The position numbers and the translations under genes are program-made. Below the pieces are notes generated by a model. It searched no databases. It saw nothing but the letters and a program-made list of their open reading frames with translations, and had not been told where the DNA came from. A DNA stretch of 63,089 nucleotides, the filler included. It is 5 parts of 5 records of this genome, joined end to end, with 100 filler letters (N's around TTAATTAATTAA, not from the genome) between each part and the next. Parts side by side here need not be neighbours in the genome. Positions count along the whole stretch, not along the records: positions 1 to 23,685 come from SRR31156797_11001; positions 23,786 to 33,248 come from SRR31156797_11018; 3 more parts are not named here. One strand, written 5' to 3'. This document shows positions 19,140-28,639 of the stretch, one piece after another. Numbering within the stretch: the first letter of the stretch is position 1; every line of letters begins with the position of its first letter.

Positions 19140-20396
19140 TCAATCTATTTTAGGGTAACACAAATAATATTTTTTAACTGTTTTAGAGAGAGAATCGACA
19201 TTTAGCATATCCGAAGCTTCAGCAATATCGCACTGAGACCCATCTTTGTTCAGAATGCTTATATGATCATCACCCGAGCTATAGGCATTATTACTAATAT
19301 CACCATTGATAACAATAAAATCCAGTGCGTGTTCAGAGCAGCCGAAGTAATTTTTTATTCTTTTTCTGGTTTTCTCGACGTATTCGTGTGTGAATTCCTT
19401 TTTCTGAATCTCTATTTTAAACAATTGTCTATCGCGAATGCATTTACACAAATACGCCAAAACAGTATCTTCATGAGTTGCCCATACCTTAATACAAACC
19501 ATTATATCGTCATCATCCAAATTTGCAAATACCTCTAAAGCAGTCCAATTAGCCAACACCCTTTCCGAACTTTCAAACTGTTCTGCTCCCACTTTATTGT
19601 ACAAGAAATAATGCAATGATGGTGTAGCAAATAAATGCTCACTACGTTCAGCCAAATATTTTGCTCGTTTAAGAACATACACCAGCATTTCCTCGGCAGC
19701 AATTACAGTTTTATGAAGGTAAACCTGCCAATACATCAACCTTCTTGCAATTAGAAATTTTTCTATGGAGTAAATTCCTTTTGCTTCAACCACCAAATTA
19801 TCATCTCTTACGTCAAGCATTTTAATAATTCTGGCTGAACCAACAACTCCTTCTGTTACACCAGAAAAGAAGCTGTCTCTTCGCAAATAATCCAAACGAT
19901 CCATATCCAATTGACTCGAAACCAACTGATTTAAAAAACGCTTGGGATATTTATTCTTAAAGATTTGTATTGCTACACTTAGCTCTCCATTAAACTGATC
20001 ATTCAAATGCTCCATAAACAATTCAGAGAGTCTTTCATGGGTAATACCATTTACAATACTGTATTCTAGTGCGTGTGAAAAAGGTCCATGTCCAATATCA
20101 TGAAGTAAAATGGCAGCATAAACTGCTTCTTCCTCCTCCTTAGTAATTTCATTTCCTTTTGAACGTAAGGTTTCTATAGCTAATCCCATTAAATGAGTCG
20201 CCCCTAAAGCATGTTGAAATCTATTGTGAAAGGTACCGGGAAAAACCAAATAGGTAAGTCCCAATTGTTTTATTCTTCTTAATCGTTGAAAAAAACGATG
20301 TTCAACTAAATGATAAGAAACACCGGAAGGAATATGTATAAATCCGTGAACCGGATCATTCACAATTTTTTTCTTAATGAAAGAATTATCGGACAT
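19140..20396 (-). CDS. HD-domain phosphohydrolase (dNTPase-like)
   Basis: DPVHG, QRLRRIKQLG, HNRFQH, LLHDIGHGPFSH, LDMDRLDYL. Confidence 0.93.
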   Translation of the reverse strand: MSDNSFIKKKIVNDPVHGFIHIPSGVSYHLVEHRFFQRLRRIKQLGLTYLVFPGTFHNRFQHALGATHLMGLAIETLRSKGNEITKEEEEAVYAAILLHDIGHGPFSHALEYSIVNGITHERLSELFMEHLNDQFNGELSVAIQIFKNKYPKRFLNQLVSSQLDMDRLDYLRRDSFFSGVTEGVVGSARIIKMLDVRDDNLVVEAKGIYSIEKFLIARRLMYWQVYLHKTVIAAEEMLVYVLKRAKYLAERSEHLFATPSLHYFLYNKVGAEQFESSERVLANWTALEVFANLDDDDIMVCIKVWATHEDTVLAYLCKCIRDRQLFKIEIQKKEFTHEYVEKTRKRIKNYFGCSEHALDFIVINGDISNNAYSSGDDHISILNKDGSQCDIAEASDMLNVDSLSKTVKKYYLCYPKID

Positions 20397-20640
20397 AAGC
20401 TCTTAATATTATGAGATATGAACAAATGTATAACATCCCTACTAAAATGCCTATGGATATAAAAAAATGTTTGTTAGCTTATTAAGACATAAAATGGAGA
20501 CCAATTACAGCTTCGAATCTAATTGTTTACCATACTGACCATTAAGCCCTCAAAAAACGAAAAAGTACATTATAATATCGTTATTTTTATTCAAAAAATT
20601 TTCTTTAGCAGTTAGAATACAATAATTTAGAGGAATGCCA

Positions 20641-20672
20641 TTTGTTTTTTAAAACATTTATCTCTAATTTTG
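20641..20672 (+). promoter_or_regulatory. Bacteroidota housekeeping promoter (-33/-7) of the rimP operon
   Basis: TTTG (20641-44), 20-nt spacer, TAATTTTG (20665-72); matches TTTG-N19-21-TAnnTTTG. Confidence 0.75.
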
Positions 20673-20700
20673 CATCGAAAAGTAAGAATAACGTGTACTT

Positions 20701-20725
20701 TAGGGGGCAGAAAGTCCCCTATTTT
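20701..20725 (+). promoter_or_regulatory. rimP leader hairpin, attenuator-like
   Basis: TAGGGGGC-AGAAA-GTCCCCTA-TTTT between the promoter and the rimP ATG. Confidence 0.55.
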
Positions 20726-20743
20726 ATTGACATTAACCGATAT

Positions 20744-21208
20744 ATGATTGATAAAAAAATTGTACTTGAAATTATTGAAAAGGAAATCGCTGAAACCGAA
20801 CTGTTCATCGTTGATGTAAGCGTTTCAACTGGCAATGCCATTTCAGTAATGATTGATAGCATGAAAGGTGTACCAATTAGCACCTGTATTGAGTTAAGTC
20901 GAGCAATTGAAAAAAACTTTGATCGAGAAATTGAAGATTTTGAACTTCAGGTTGCTTCGGCTGGAATCGGTCAACCATTTCAAGTAATTCAACAATACCA
21001 CAAAAATATTGGTAGAGAAGTTGAGGTCCTTACTACAGAAGGGTTAAAACAAAAAGGCAAATTAATCACCGTAGGTGAAAACGAAATAACAGTTGAGGTT
21101 GAAGAGAAAGTAAAAGTAGAAGGCAAAAAGAAAAAACAAGTCGTTCTTACTCCTTACACTTACGCTTTTGATCAAATTAAATCAACAAAAGATATCATTA
21201 CTTTTTAA
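20744..21208 (+). CDS. rimP: Ribosome maturation factor RimP
   Basis: MIDKK start (the track's 20642 start overlaps the promoter); C.ELSR, DFELQVASAG; directly upstream of nusA. Confidence 0.93.
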   Translation: MIDKKIVLEIIEKEIAETELFIVDVSVSTGNAISVMIDSMKGVPISTCIELSRAIEKNFDREIEDFELQVASAGIGQPFQVIQQYHKNIGREVEVLTTEGLKQKGKLITVGENEITVEVEEKVKVEGKKKKQVVLTPYTYAFDQIKSTKDIITF

Positions 21209-21228
21209 CAAGTAAACAGCTGAATAAC

Positions 21229-22461
21229 ATGAATCTTATTGAGACTTTTTCAGAATTTAAAGAATTGAAAAACATCGATCGTGCTACCATGATGAGTGTT
21301 TTAGAAGATGTATTTAGAAATCTTCTATTAAAGAACTATGGTACCGATGAAAATTTCGATATAATTATCAATCCAGATAAAGGTGACTTGGAAATCTGGA
21401 GAAACCGTGAAGTTGTGCAAGATGGAGAAGTTGAAGATAAGAATCTTCAAATTTCATTGTCTGAGGCGAAGAAAATTGATGAAGATTACGAACTTGGAGA
21501 AGAGGTAACCGACGAAGTTAAGTTTTTGGATTTCGGAAGACGTTCAATTCTAACCCTACGTCAGAATCTTTCTGCAAGAATTCTTGAATTGGAAAAAGAC
21601 AACATCTTTAACAATTACAAAGACCGTATTGGTGAAATTATCACTGGTGAGGTTTATCAGATCTGGAAAAAAGAAATTTTGATTTTGGATGATGAAGGAA
21701 ATGAACTAATTCTTCCAAAAACAGAACAAATTCCTTCTGACTATTTCAGAAAAGGAGAGTCTATCAGAGCTGTAGTTATTCGTGTTGAGGTTAAAAACAA
21801 CAGTCCATTAATTATTATTTCCAGAACTTCTCCTGTATTCCTTGAAAGATTGTTCGAGTTGGAAGTACCAGAAATTTTCGATGGATTAATCACGATTAAG
21901 AAAATTGTACGTATCCCTGGTGAAAGAGCTAAGGTTGCGGTTGAATCATACGATGAAAGAATTGATCCAGTAGGAGCCTGTGTGGGGATGAAGGGATCAA
22001 GAATTCACGGAATTGTTCGTGAATTGAAAAATGAAAACATCGATGTAATAAATTACACAGCCAACAAACAATTGTTTATCACAAGAGCATTAAACCCTGC
22101 AAAGGTATCTTCTATCAAAATTTTGGAAGAAGATGGACGTGCTGATGTATATTTGAATCCTGAAGAGGTTTCATTAGCAATTGGTAAAGGTGGTTTAAAC
22201 ATTAAACTTGCGAGTCAGCTTACCGGATACGAAATTGACGTATATCGTGAAAAATCAGAGGAAGAAGGAGAGGAAGATGTTAATCTTTCAGAATTTACCG
22301 ATGAGATTGAAGCTTGGGTAATCGATGAATTGAAGAAAATCGGTTGTGATACCGCAAGAAGCGTATTGGAACTTTCCGCTGAAGAATTGGAAAAAAGAAC
22401 AGATTTAGAAATTGAAACTATTAATGATATTTTAAATATTTTTAGATCTGAATTTGAATAA
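21229..22461 (+). CDS. nusA: Transcription termination factor NusA
   Basis: S1 and KH domains; RIPGERAKVAV, DPVGACVG, LAIGKGGLNIKLAS. Confidence 0.98.
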   Translation: MNLIETFSEFKELKNIDRATMMSVLEDVFRNLLLKNYGTDENFDIIINPDKGDLEIWRNREVVQDGEVEDKNLQISLSEAKKIDEDYELGEEVTDEVKFLDFGRRSILTLRQNLSARILELEKDNIFNNYKDRIGEIITGEVYQIWKKEILILDDEGNELILPKTEQIPSDYFRKGESIRAVVIRVEVKNNSPLIIISRTSPVFLERLFELEVPEIFDGLITIKKIVRIPGERAKVAVESYDERIDPVGACVGMKGSRIHGIVRELKNENIDVINYTANKQLFITRALNPAKVSSIKILEEDGRADVYLNPEEVSLAIGKGGLNIKLASQLTGYEIDVYREKSEEEGEEDVNLSEFTDEIEAWVIDELKKIGCDTARSVLELSAEELEKRTDLEIETINDILNIFRSEFE

Positions 22462-22524
22462 ACCAATTTAGGGAATTCCGCATAAATTATTGAAACGGCA
22501 CATTTTAACAGTTAACTTCTAAAT

Positions 22525-23685
22525 ATGGCAAAAGTCAATAAAAATATAAGACTTAGTAAACTAGCAAGAGAATTCAATGTTGGAATATCTACTATAGTTG
22601 ATTTTCTGAACAAAAAAGGTATTGAGATTGATTCAAATCCAAATACTAAAGTTTCGGAGAATGCATATAATATTCTGGCTAAAGAGTACAGTTCAGATTT
22701 AAAACTGAAGGAAGAATCGGAAAAGGTAAACTTGAAAAGTACCAGAGAGAAGAAAGAGACAATTTCGTTGGATTCCGACTCTGAAGAAACTGCCAAAGAA
22801 GAAACTGTTGAAAAAACTAAGGAGGAAACTCCTGCTGAAGCCCCTGTTAAAGTGGTTGGAAAAATCGATTTGGACGCATTAAAGCCAAAAGCGAAAAAGC
22901 CAAAACAGGAAAAAGTAGAAGTTAAAAAAGAAAAGGTTGAAGAAGTTAAGCCAAAGGTTGTAAAAGCTGAGAAAAAAGTGGAAGAACCCAAAAAGCAGGA
23001 AGCTCCTAAAAAAGTGGAAACTCCTAAGCCTGTAAAAGAAGAAGAAGAAGTTACTGAAAAACCATCGAAGCCGACTGAGAAGCCCGCTAAAGATGACCAA
23101 AGCGTTAAAATGGAAAGTCCTAAGAAAGAGGAAAAAGCTCAAACTTCTAAACAAGATAGCAAGGAAGAGCTTAAAGTGGTAGGAAAGATTGATTTAGATG
23201 CTCTAAATCAGAAAACAAGACCTGCCAAAAAGACCAAAGCTGAAAAGGAAGTAGAGAGAAGAGAAAAGCAGAAGGCTTCAGCTCAACATCCTCAGAAACA
23301 GGAAAATTCTCCTGCTGATAAAGTGGGTGGAAAAGAAGAAATTTTTAAATCTTCTACACAAAAGCTTTCTGGTCCTACTGTTGTTGGTAAAATTGAACTT
23401 CCGGTAGAGAAGAAACCAAGTAACAACAACAAAGACAAAGCTGGTAACCAACAGCGCAAAAAGCGCAAGAGAATTAAAAAGGATAGCGAAAAAGTAAATG
23501 TAGCTAACCAGGGACAAAATAAACCAGGTCAAGGTCAGGGACAAGGTCGCCAGCAAGGTGGTCAAGGCAATCAGCAGGGCAACAGACAAAAAGGTACCGG
23601 GAAATTTAACAAGCTTAAGAAGAAGAAGATTGTTAAAAAAGAGGTTACCGAAGAAGATGTACAAAAGCAAATTAAAGATACTCTT
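22525..23685 (+). CDS. infB: Translation initiation factor IF-2, N-terminal part (cut at contig end)
   Basis: IRLSKLAREFNVG; repeated VVGKIDL; position after nusA. Confidence 0.92.
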
Positions 23686-23785
23686 NNNNNNNNNNNNNNN
23701 NNNNNNNNNNNNNNNNNNNNNNNNNNNNNTTAATTAATTAANNNNNNNNNNNNNNNNNNNNNNNNNNNNNNNNNNNNNNNNNNNN
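23686..23785. other. Artificial contig linker
   Basis: N44-TTAATTAATTAA-N44; stops in all six frames. Confidence 0.98.
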
Positions 23786-23843
23786 CGTTGAAAAAGAGCT
23801 TCGCACATTTGTTGAACAAAGGGCCAATGCGATTGTCGGGTAG
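23786..23843 (+). CDS. 3' tail of a truncated gene, possibly an MttB-family methyltransferase
   Basis: VEKELRTFVEQRANAIVG* resembles MttB C-termini; only 18 residues, so the call rests mainly on context. Confidence 0.3.
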
Positions 23844-24002
23844 TTCTTCAGTCAATAAAATCGAACGAAAAGGATTTTATTGGGTTTGATTTTAGATACC
23901 ATGAACATCGACGGGGTGGTGAACAGATACAAACAATTTAAAGAACTTCTTTGATTGTTCATGGTCAGATTATAAATGTTTGCTTAAGCAAAGGGAATCC
24001 GA

Positions 24003-25562
24003 ATGTCAAAATTAGCTAAAAAAGAAATAGATCCAATTGTATTTTTTGGTTCTATTATTGTAATCAGTATTGTCTGTACCTATCTTGTCATAGATCTTGA
24101 ACGTGGCACAGCAATGGTTAACAAGGTTTTCAGTGTTCTTACAGGGCCCCTTGGCTGGCTGTATGAATGGTATGCCATGCTTATGATGGGGGTACTGGTC
24201 TATTTTGCTTTGGGAAAATACGGAGATATCAAGTTGGGTGAAGGGAAACCTGAATTCAAAACAATATCATGGTTAGGCATGTTGTTTACAGCGGGTGTGG
24301 GATCAAGCATCACCTACTGGGGAACCATTGAATTTTTCTATTACTATCAAAGCCCTCCCTTTGGAGCCGAACCCTTTTCCGTTGCCGCTGCAAGGTGGGC
24401 GTCTGCTTATGGCCTGTTTCACTGGACGGTCGGCAATGCAATGTATGCTGTGATGGGCGTTGTCTTTGCCTTTATGTTTTTTGTTCAGAAAAAAGATGTT
24501 CTTCGGCCCAGTATGGCCTGCAGGCCAATTATCGGGAAACACGCAGATGGGTTACCCGGAAAAATAATCGATATTTTCTTTGTTTTGGGGCTGATTGCAG
24601 GAATTGCCACCACCCTTGGGCTTGCAACACCTCTTATCAGTGAAATTATTACCCAGTTGTTCGGATTTGAACGGTCGACCGGGATGGATCTTTTCATCGT
24701 CATGAGCTTGACCGGAGTCATTGCCTTGACTGTCTACTTAGGACTTCACAAAGGAATTAAGGTCGCCAGCGATATCAGAGTATACCTGACCCTTGGTATC
24801 CTTTTGTTCATTTTGCTGGCCGGTTCAACCGCATACATGCTCAATACCTTTACCGAGGGGTTGGGCATAATGTTTCAGAATTTTTTTGCAATGTCTTTTT
24901 ACACCGATGCCCAGGGCAAAAGCGGATTTCCCCAGGGGTGGACTATTTTTTACTGGGCATGGTGGGTGGCCTATAGCATTCAGATGGGTATTTACATTGC
25001 ACGAATCTCCAAAGGCCGTACTATTAAAGAGGTGGCTGTCGGTTCCATGGCGTCTCTTTCCTGTGGGTGCTGGTGCTTTTTTCTCACTTTGGGCAACTAC
25101 AGCATGGATATGTTCCAGAGAGGTCTGGTTCCCCTCAAAGAAATCATGGCCAATGACGGTGCTCCTGCAGCTATTGCGGCCCTGTGGGCGTCTCTTCCCA
25201 CGGGAAATATTGCTATGTTTCTTCTCATGTTCGTCACCTTTCTGGGGGCGGTAACCTCCATGAGCAGCGCAGGGTTCACCCTGGCCGTGGTGACTACCAA
25301 AAAAATTACCGGAGAAGAGGAACCTGCAAAATGGACCCGTGTATTCTGGTGCCTGGCATTGGGGGCGGCAACGATCACCTTGATGTTGCTGGGTGGATTG
25401 CGGCCTCTTCAAACGGCCTGCATTGTGGGATCCTTTCCCCTGATGTTTGTTACGCTGATCATCCTTGCAGGTTTTTTCAATGAAATCAGAGGACTTGTGG
25501 CTGTAAACGAGACGAGTTCCTTAAAAATTGACTACGAGAAAGCTGCTGCTAAAACCATTTAA
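24003..25562 (+). CDS. BCCT transporter, CaiT-like (carnitine/betaine antiporter type)
   Basis: GWTIFYWAWWVAYSIQMG and ASDIR resemble E. coli CaiT WAWWVIYAIQMS and ASDVR. Confidence 0.88.
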   Translation: MSKLAKKEIDPIVFFGSIIVISIVCTYLVIDLERGTAMVNKVFSVLTGPLGWLYEWYAMLMMGVLVYFALGKYGDIKLGEGKPEFKTISWLGMLFTAGVGSSITYWGTIEFFYYYQSPPFGAEPFSVAAARWASAYGLFHWTVGNAMYAVMGVVFAFMFFVQKKDVLRPSMACRPIIGKHADGLPGKIIDIFFVLGLIAGIATTLGLATPLISEIITQLFGFERSTGMDLFIVMSLTGVIALTVYLGLHKGIKVASDIRVYLTLGILLFILLAGSTAYMLNTFTEGLGIMFQNFFAMSFYTDAQGKSGFPQGWTIFYWAWWVAYSIQMGIYIARISKGRTIKEVAVGSMASLSCGCWCFFLTLGNYSMDMFQRGLVPLKEIMANDGAPAAIAALWASLPTGNIAMFLLMFVTFLGAVTSMSSAGFTLAVVTTKKITGEEEPAKWTRVFWCLALGAATITLMLLGGLRPLQTACIVGSFPLMFVTLIILAGFFNEIRGLVAVNETSSLKIDYEKAAAKTI

Positions 25563-25587
25563 GCTTGAGCGGTAGGTATTGAGAACT

Positions 25588-25630
25588 TCCCGGCTGCGAT
25601 TAGATTCCATAAATTCGCTGCCGGGATTTT
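25588..25630 (+). terminator. Stem-loop between the BCCT genes
   Basis: TCCCGGC.GCGA...TCGC.GCCGGGA-TTTT. Confidence 0.5.
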
Positions 25631-25696
25631 CTTTAAAAAAAGTTGAATAAAAAATGCTTTTACCATTAACCCTCTTTTAAATTGGAAAAAAAGCGC

Positions 25697-27205
25697 ATGA
25701 CTACACATAAAATTGATAAAGCTGTTTTCATTCCCTCATTAATCACCTTAATCAGCGTTTGTATTGTGCTTTGTTTGAATCCGGAAGATAGCAACAGAAT
25801 AATAGGCACGCTGTTATCGTTCACAACACATCAGTTGGGTTATATCTATCTGTGGTTTGGCGCAGGATCTCTGATTTTCCTTCTGTGGATGGCTTTTGGA
25901 AAATATGGGCAGATCAAACTTGGCGCTCCGGATGATAAGCCGGAATTCTCTACATCAAGCTGGATCATGATGCTCTTCTGCGCAGGAATTGGATCCAGCG
26001 TCATGTATTGGGGATGTATTGAATGGGTATACTATTACAAATCGCCGCCATTTGCCATTGAACCTAAATCCATAGAGGCCGGTAACTATGCTGCGATGTA
26101 CGGTCTTTTCCATTGGGGGGTGATTCCCTGGGTTATCTATTGTATCCCGACGCTTCCCATGGCATATTCATTTTATGTCAGAAAACATCCAGGCTTGAGA
26201 ATGAGTTCTGCCTGCAGGGGAATGATCGGTCACCATGCAGATGGTCTTATAGGTAAAATCATCGATGTGTTTTTTATTTTCGGTTTAATTGGTGGTGTTG
26301 GAACCACACTCGGTTTGGGTACCCCCATGATATCTGAGGGGTTAGGGCAGCTTCTGGGGATCGAGAGAACCTTTGCTCTGGATGTTATCATTATATTGAT
26401 ATGGACCGCAATCTTTGCAACAAGTGTCTATCTTGGTTTGGAAAAGGGTATCAAACGCTTGAGCGATTTCAATGTTTGGCTGGGGTTTGGGTTGATTATT
26501 TTTATTATCCTCGTTGGTCCAACGGTTTTCATCTTTTCCACATTCACCAATAGTATTGGGTTGTTGCTAAATAAATTCACCTATCTTTGTTTTTATACCG
26601 ATTCCATTGGGAACTCAGGGTTTCCCCAGAGTTGGACTGTTTTTTACTGGGCCTGGTGGATCGCCTATGCGCCTTTCATGGGATTGTTTGTCACCAAAAT
26701 ATCCAAAGGAAGAACGATCAAGGAATTAATCCTTGGTGAATGTCTCTGGGGAAGCCTGGGGTGTTGGCTTTTTTTCGCTGTATTCGGGAATACCGGCCTT
26801 TATTTTGAAATAAACAATATTTTACCTGTAACAACAATTCTGACTGACGAGGGCGCTGCGGTTGCCATCATTTCCATTCTAAAAAGCCTGCCAACAGGCA
26901 GCATTATGTTGTTTATATTTATTATTCTTGCTTTTGTCTATTCCGCAACAACCATCGACTCAGCTGCCTATACCCTTGCTGCCGTGTCAACTAAGGATAT
27001 GGAGACCGAAAGTCAGCCTGCAAGATGGCATCGGCTTTTTTGGGCCTTTATTCTTGCCGGCGTTGCATTATCCCTGATGTATCTGGGCGGGTTGAAGGTG
27101 CTTCAGACATCTGTGGTTGTTACAGCGTTCCCCATATTATTTATCATTGTATTGAGTATTTTTTCCTTGTTGAAATTGTTAAAAGAGGACTATCCGGATA
27201 AATAG
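25697..27205 (+). CDS. BCCT family transporter (BetT/BetP symporter type)
   Basis: PEFS..SW..MLF.AGIG, FHWG..PW, SWTVFYWAWWIAYAPFMG, ISKGRTIKE; ATG at 25697. Confidence 0.92.
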   Translation: MTTHKIDKAVFIPSLITLISVCIVLCLNPEDSNRIIGTLLSFTTHQLGYIYLWFGAGSLIFLLWMAFGKYGQIKLGAPDDKPEFSTSSWIMMLFCAGIGSSVMYWGCIEWVYYYKSPPFAIEPKSIEAGNYAAMYGLFHWGVIPWVIYCIPTLPMAYSFYVRKHPGLRMSSACRGMIGHHADGLIGKIIDVFFIFGLIGGVGTTLGLGTPMISEGLGQLLGIERTFALDVIIILIWTAIFATSVYLGLEKGIKRLSDFNVWLGFGLIIFIILVGPTVFIFSTFTNSIGLLLNKFTYLCFYTDSIGNSGFPQSWTVFYWAWWIAYAPFMGLFVTKISKGRTIKELILGECLWGSLGCWLFFAVFGNTGLYFEINNILPVTTILTDEGAAVAIISILKSLPTGSIMLFIFIILAFVYSATTIDSAAYTLAAVSTKDMETESQPARWHRLFWAFILAGVALSLMYLGGLKVLQTSVVVTAFPILFIIVLSIFSLLKLLKEDYPDK

Positions 27206-27395
27206 CTCGGCTGCAATTACAGTATATGGGTTACAGGGTATAAAGGAGTGGAAATTTCTGAATAGTTCCATTTAAGATGCCTGCACAAAAATCATCCCGG
27301 GATGAAACATACCCCTCACCCTCGTTAAAGATTTTCCGGACGGCCCACAGCCGTTCCGAAAAATCATTTGTTAATATAGATTATAAGGAAAAACC

Positions 27396-28511
27396 ATGAA
27401 TAAACTTTTTCAACCCTGGCAACTCGGCCCTCTTAACATTCCAAACAAATTGGTCCGCAGCGCTACTGTTGAAGGGCTGTCCGACGAAAACGGCGCACCC
27501 ACCCCCCGACTGACCGACACCCTTACTGCCCTGGCCGAGGGCAAAACAGGGCTGATCATCGCCGGTACGGCCTATATCAGCCACCAAGGCCGTGGAGACC
27601 GTTACACCACGGGCATGCACAACGATGAACTTATCCCGGCCTTGAGCCACATGTGCAAAACCGTGGCAGACAAAGGCGGAATCCTGGTGGCCCAGCTCCT
27701 CCATTGCGGGTCTACCCTGAACCCGGACATCCTTGAAGAAAAACAGGCCCTTTACGGCCCCTCTCCCATGAAATCACCGGTCTGTGATTATCCGGTTACC
27801 GAACTGACCAAACCACAGATTCTCTCTATTGTTGATGAATATGCAAAGGCCGCTGTCCGGGCTAAAAAATCAGGATTTGCCGCCGTCCAGATCCATGGGG
27901 GCCACGGGTATCTGATCAACCAGTTTTTAAGCCCCTCCCGCAATGTTCGCCAGGACGAGTACGGGGGGTCCATTGAAAACCGGTCTCGGCTGGTCACCCA
28001 GGTTTACCAAGCCATCCGGGGGGCCGTGGGCCAAGAATTCCCCATCCTCATCAAGATGAGCGCCCATGACGGATTTTCCGGCGGGGTTTTGCCCCATGAG
28101 GCTGCCCGGACCGCCGCCATCCTGGACGAGATGGGAATAGATGCCATTGAGGTGAGCGCAGGTACCCCTGAAGGGGCCAGGAACGGGGGATGGGATCATA
28201 TACTGCCCGCCCCTTTTGAAGAAGGGTCCCTGCTCAAATACGCCCTGGAGATCAAGGCAAACGTCTCCTGTCCTGTGATATCCGTTGAAGGGTGGCGGGA
28301 TCCCCAAAAAATTGAAACAGCTCTGGAAAAGGTGGATGCCGTCTCCATGAGCCGGCCCTTTATCCGGGAACCGGACCTTGCTCGGCGGTGGGCCTCAGGG
28401 GACAGATCCCGTGCCCTATGCATTTCTTGTAACAAATGCCTGGATCTGATAGCGGATTCGGGTCTGGACTGTATATTCAACATCAAAAAAAGACAGGGGC
28501 AAAACGCTTAA
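27396..28511 (+). CDS. NADH:flavin oxidoreductase (Old Yellow Enzyme family)
   Basis: NKLVRSAT, QIHGGHGYLINQFLSP..N.R.DEYGGS.ENR, SRPFIREP, C-terminal CISCNKC. Confidence 0.92.
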   Translation: MNKLFQPWQLGPLNIPNKLVRSATVEGLSDENGAPTPRLTDTLTALAEGKTGLIIAGTAYISHQGRGDRYTTGMHNDELIPALSHMCKTVADKGGILVAQLLHCGSTLNPDILEEKQALYGPSPMKSPVCDYPVTELTKPQILSIVDEYAKAAVRAKKSGFAAVQIHGGHGYLINQFLSPSRNVRQDEYGGSIENRSRLVTQVYQAIRGAVGQEFPILIKMSAHDGFSGGVLPHEAARTAAILDEMGIDAIEVSAGTPEGARNGGWDHILPAPFEEGSLLKYALEIKANVSCPVISVEGWRDPQKIETALEKVDAVSMSRPFIREPDLARRWASGDRSRALCISCNKCLDLIADSGLDCIFNIKKRQGQNA

Positions 28512-28571
28512 AGAAAAATTAACCCCAAGAAAAAGATATGTCTGATCATGTAATCTTAGGGTTCCCTGTAT

Positions 28572-28612
28572 AGGGTCTCCGTCTGCAACTTAGTGTTGCA
28601 GACGGAGACCCT
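28572..28612. terminator. Perfect 18-bp hairpin between convergent genes
   Basis: AGGGTCTCCGTCTGCAAC-TTAGT-GTTGCAGACGGAGACCCT. Confidence 0.6.
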
Positions 28613-28639
28613 CCCTGAAAACACTTATAATCGGTTCTT

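Noticed and set aside
20642-20743. Extended RimP N-terminus in the ORF track
   Set aside because: Covers the promoter and leader hairpin; the ATG at 20744 fits RimP
22840-23600. Repeated VVGKIDL and Gln/Gly-rich low-complexity sequence
   Set aside because: Normal variable N-terminal region of Bacteroidota IF-2
23730-23741. TTAATTAATTAA palindrome recurring four times
   Set aside because: Synthetic six-frame stop linker, not biological
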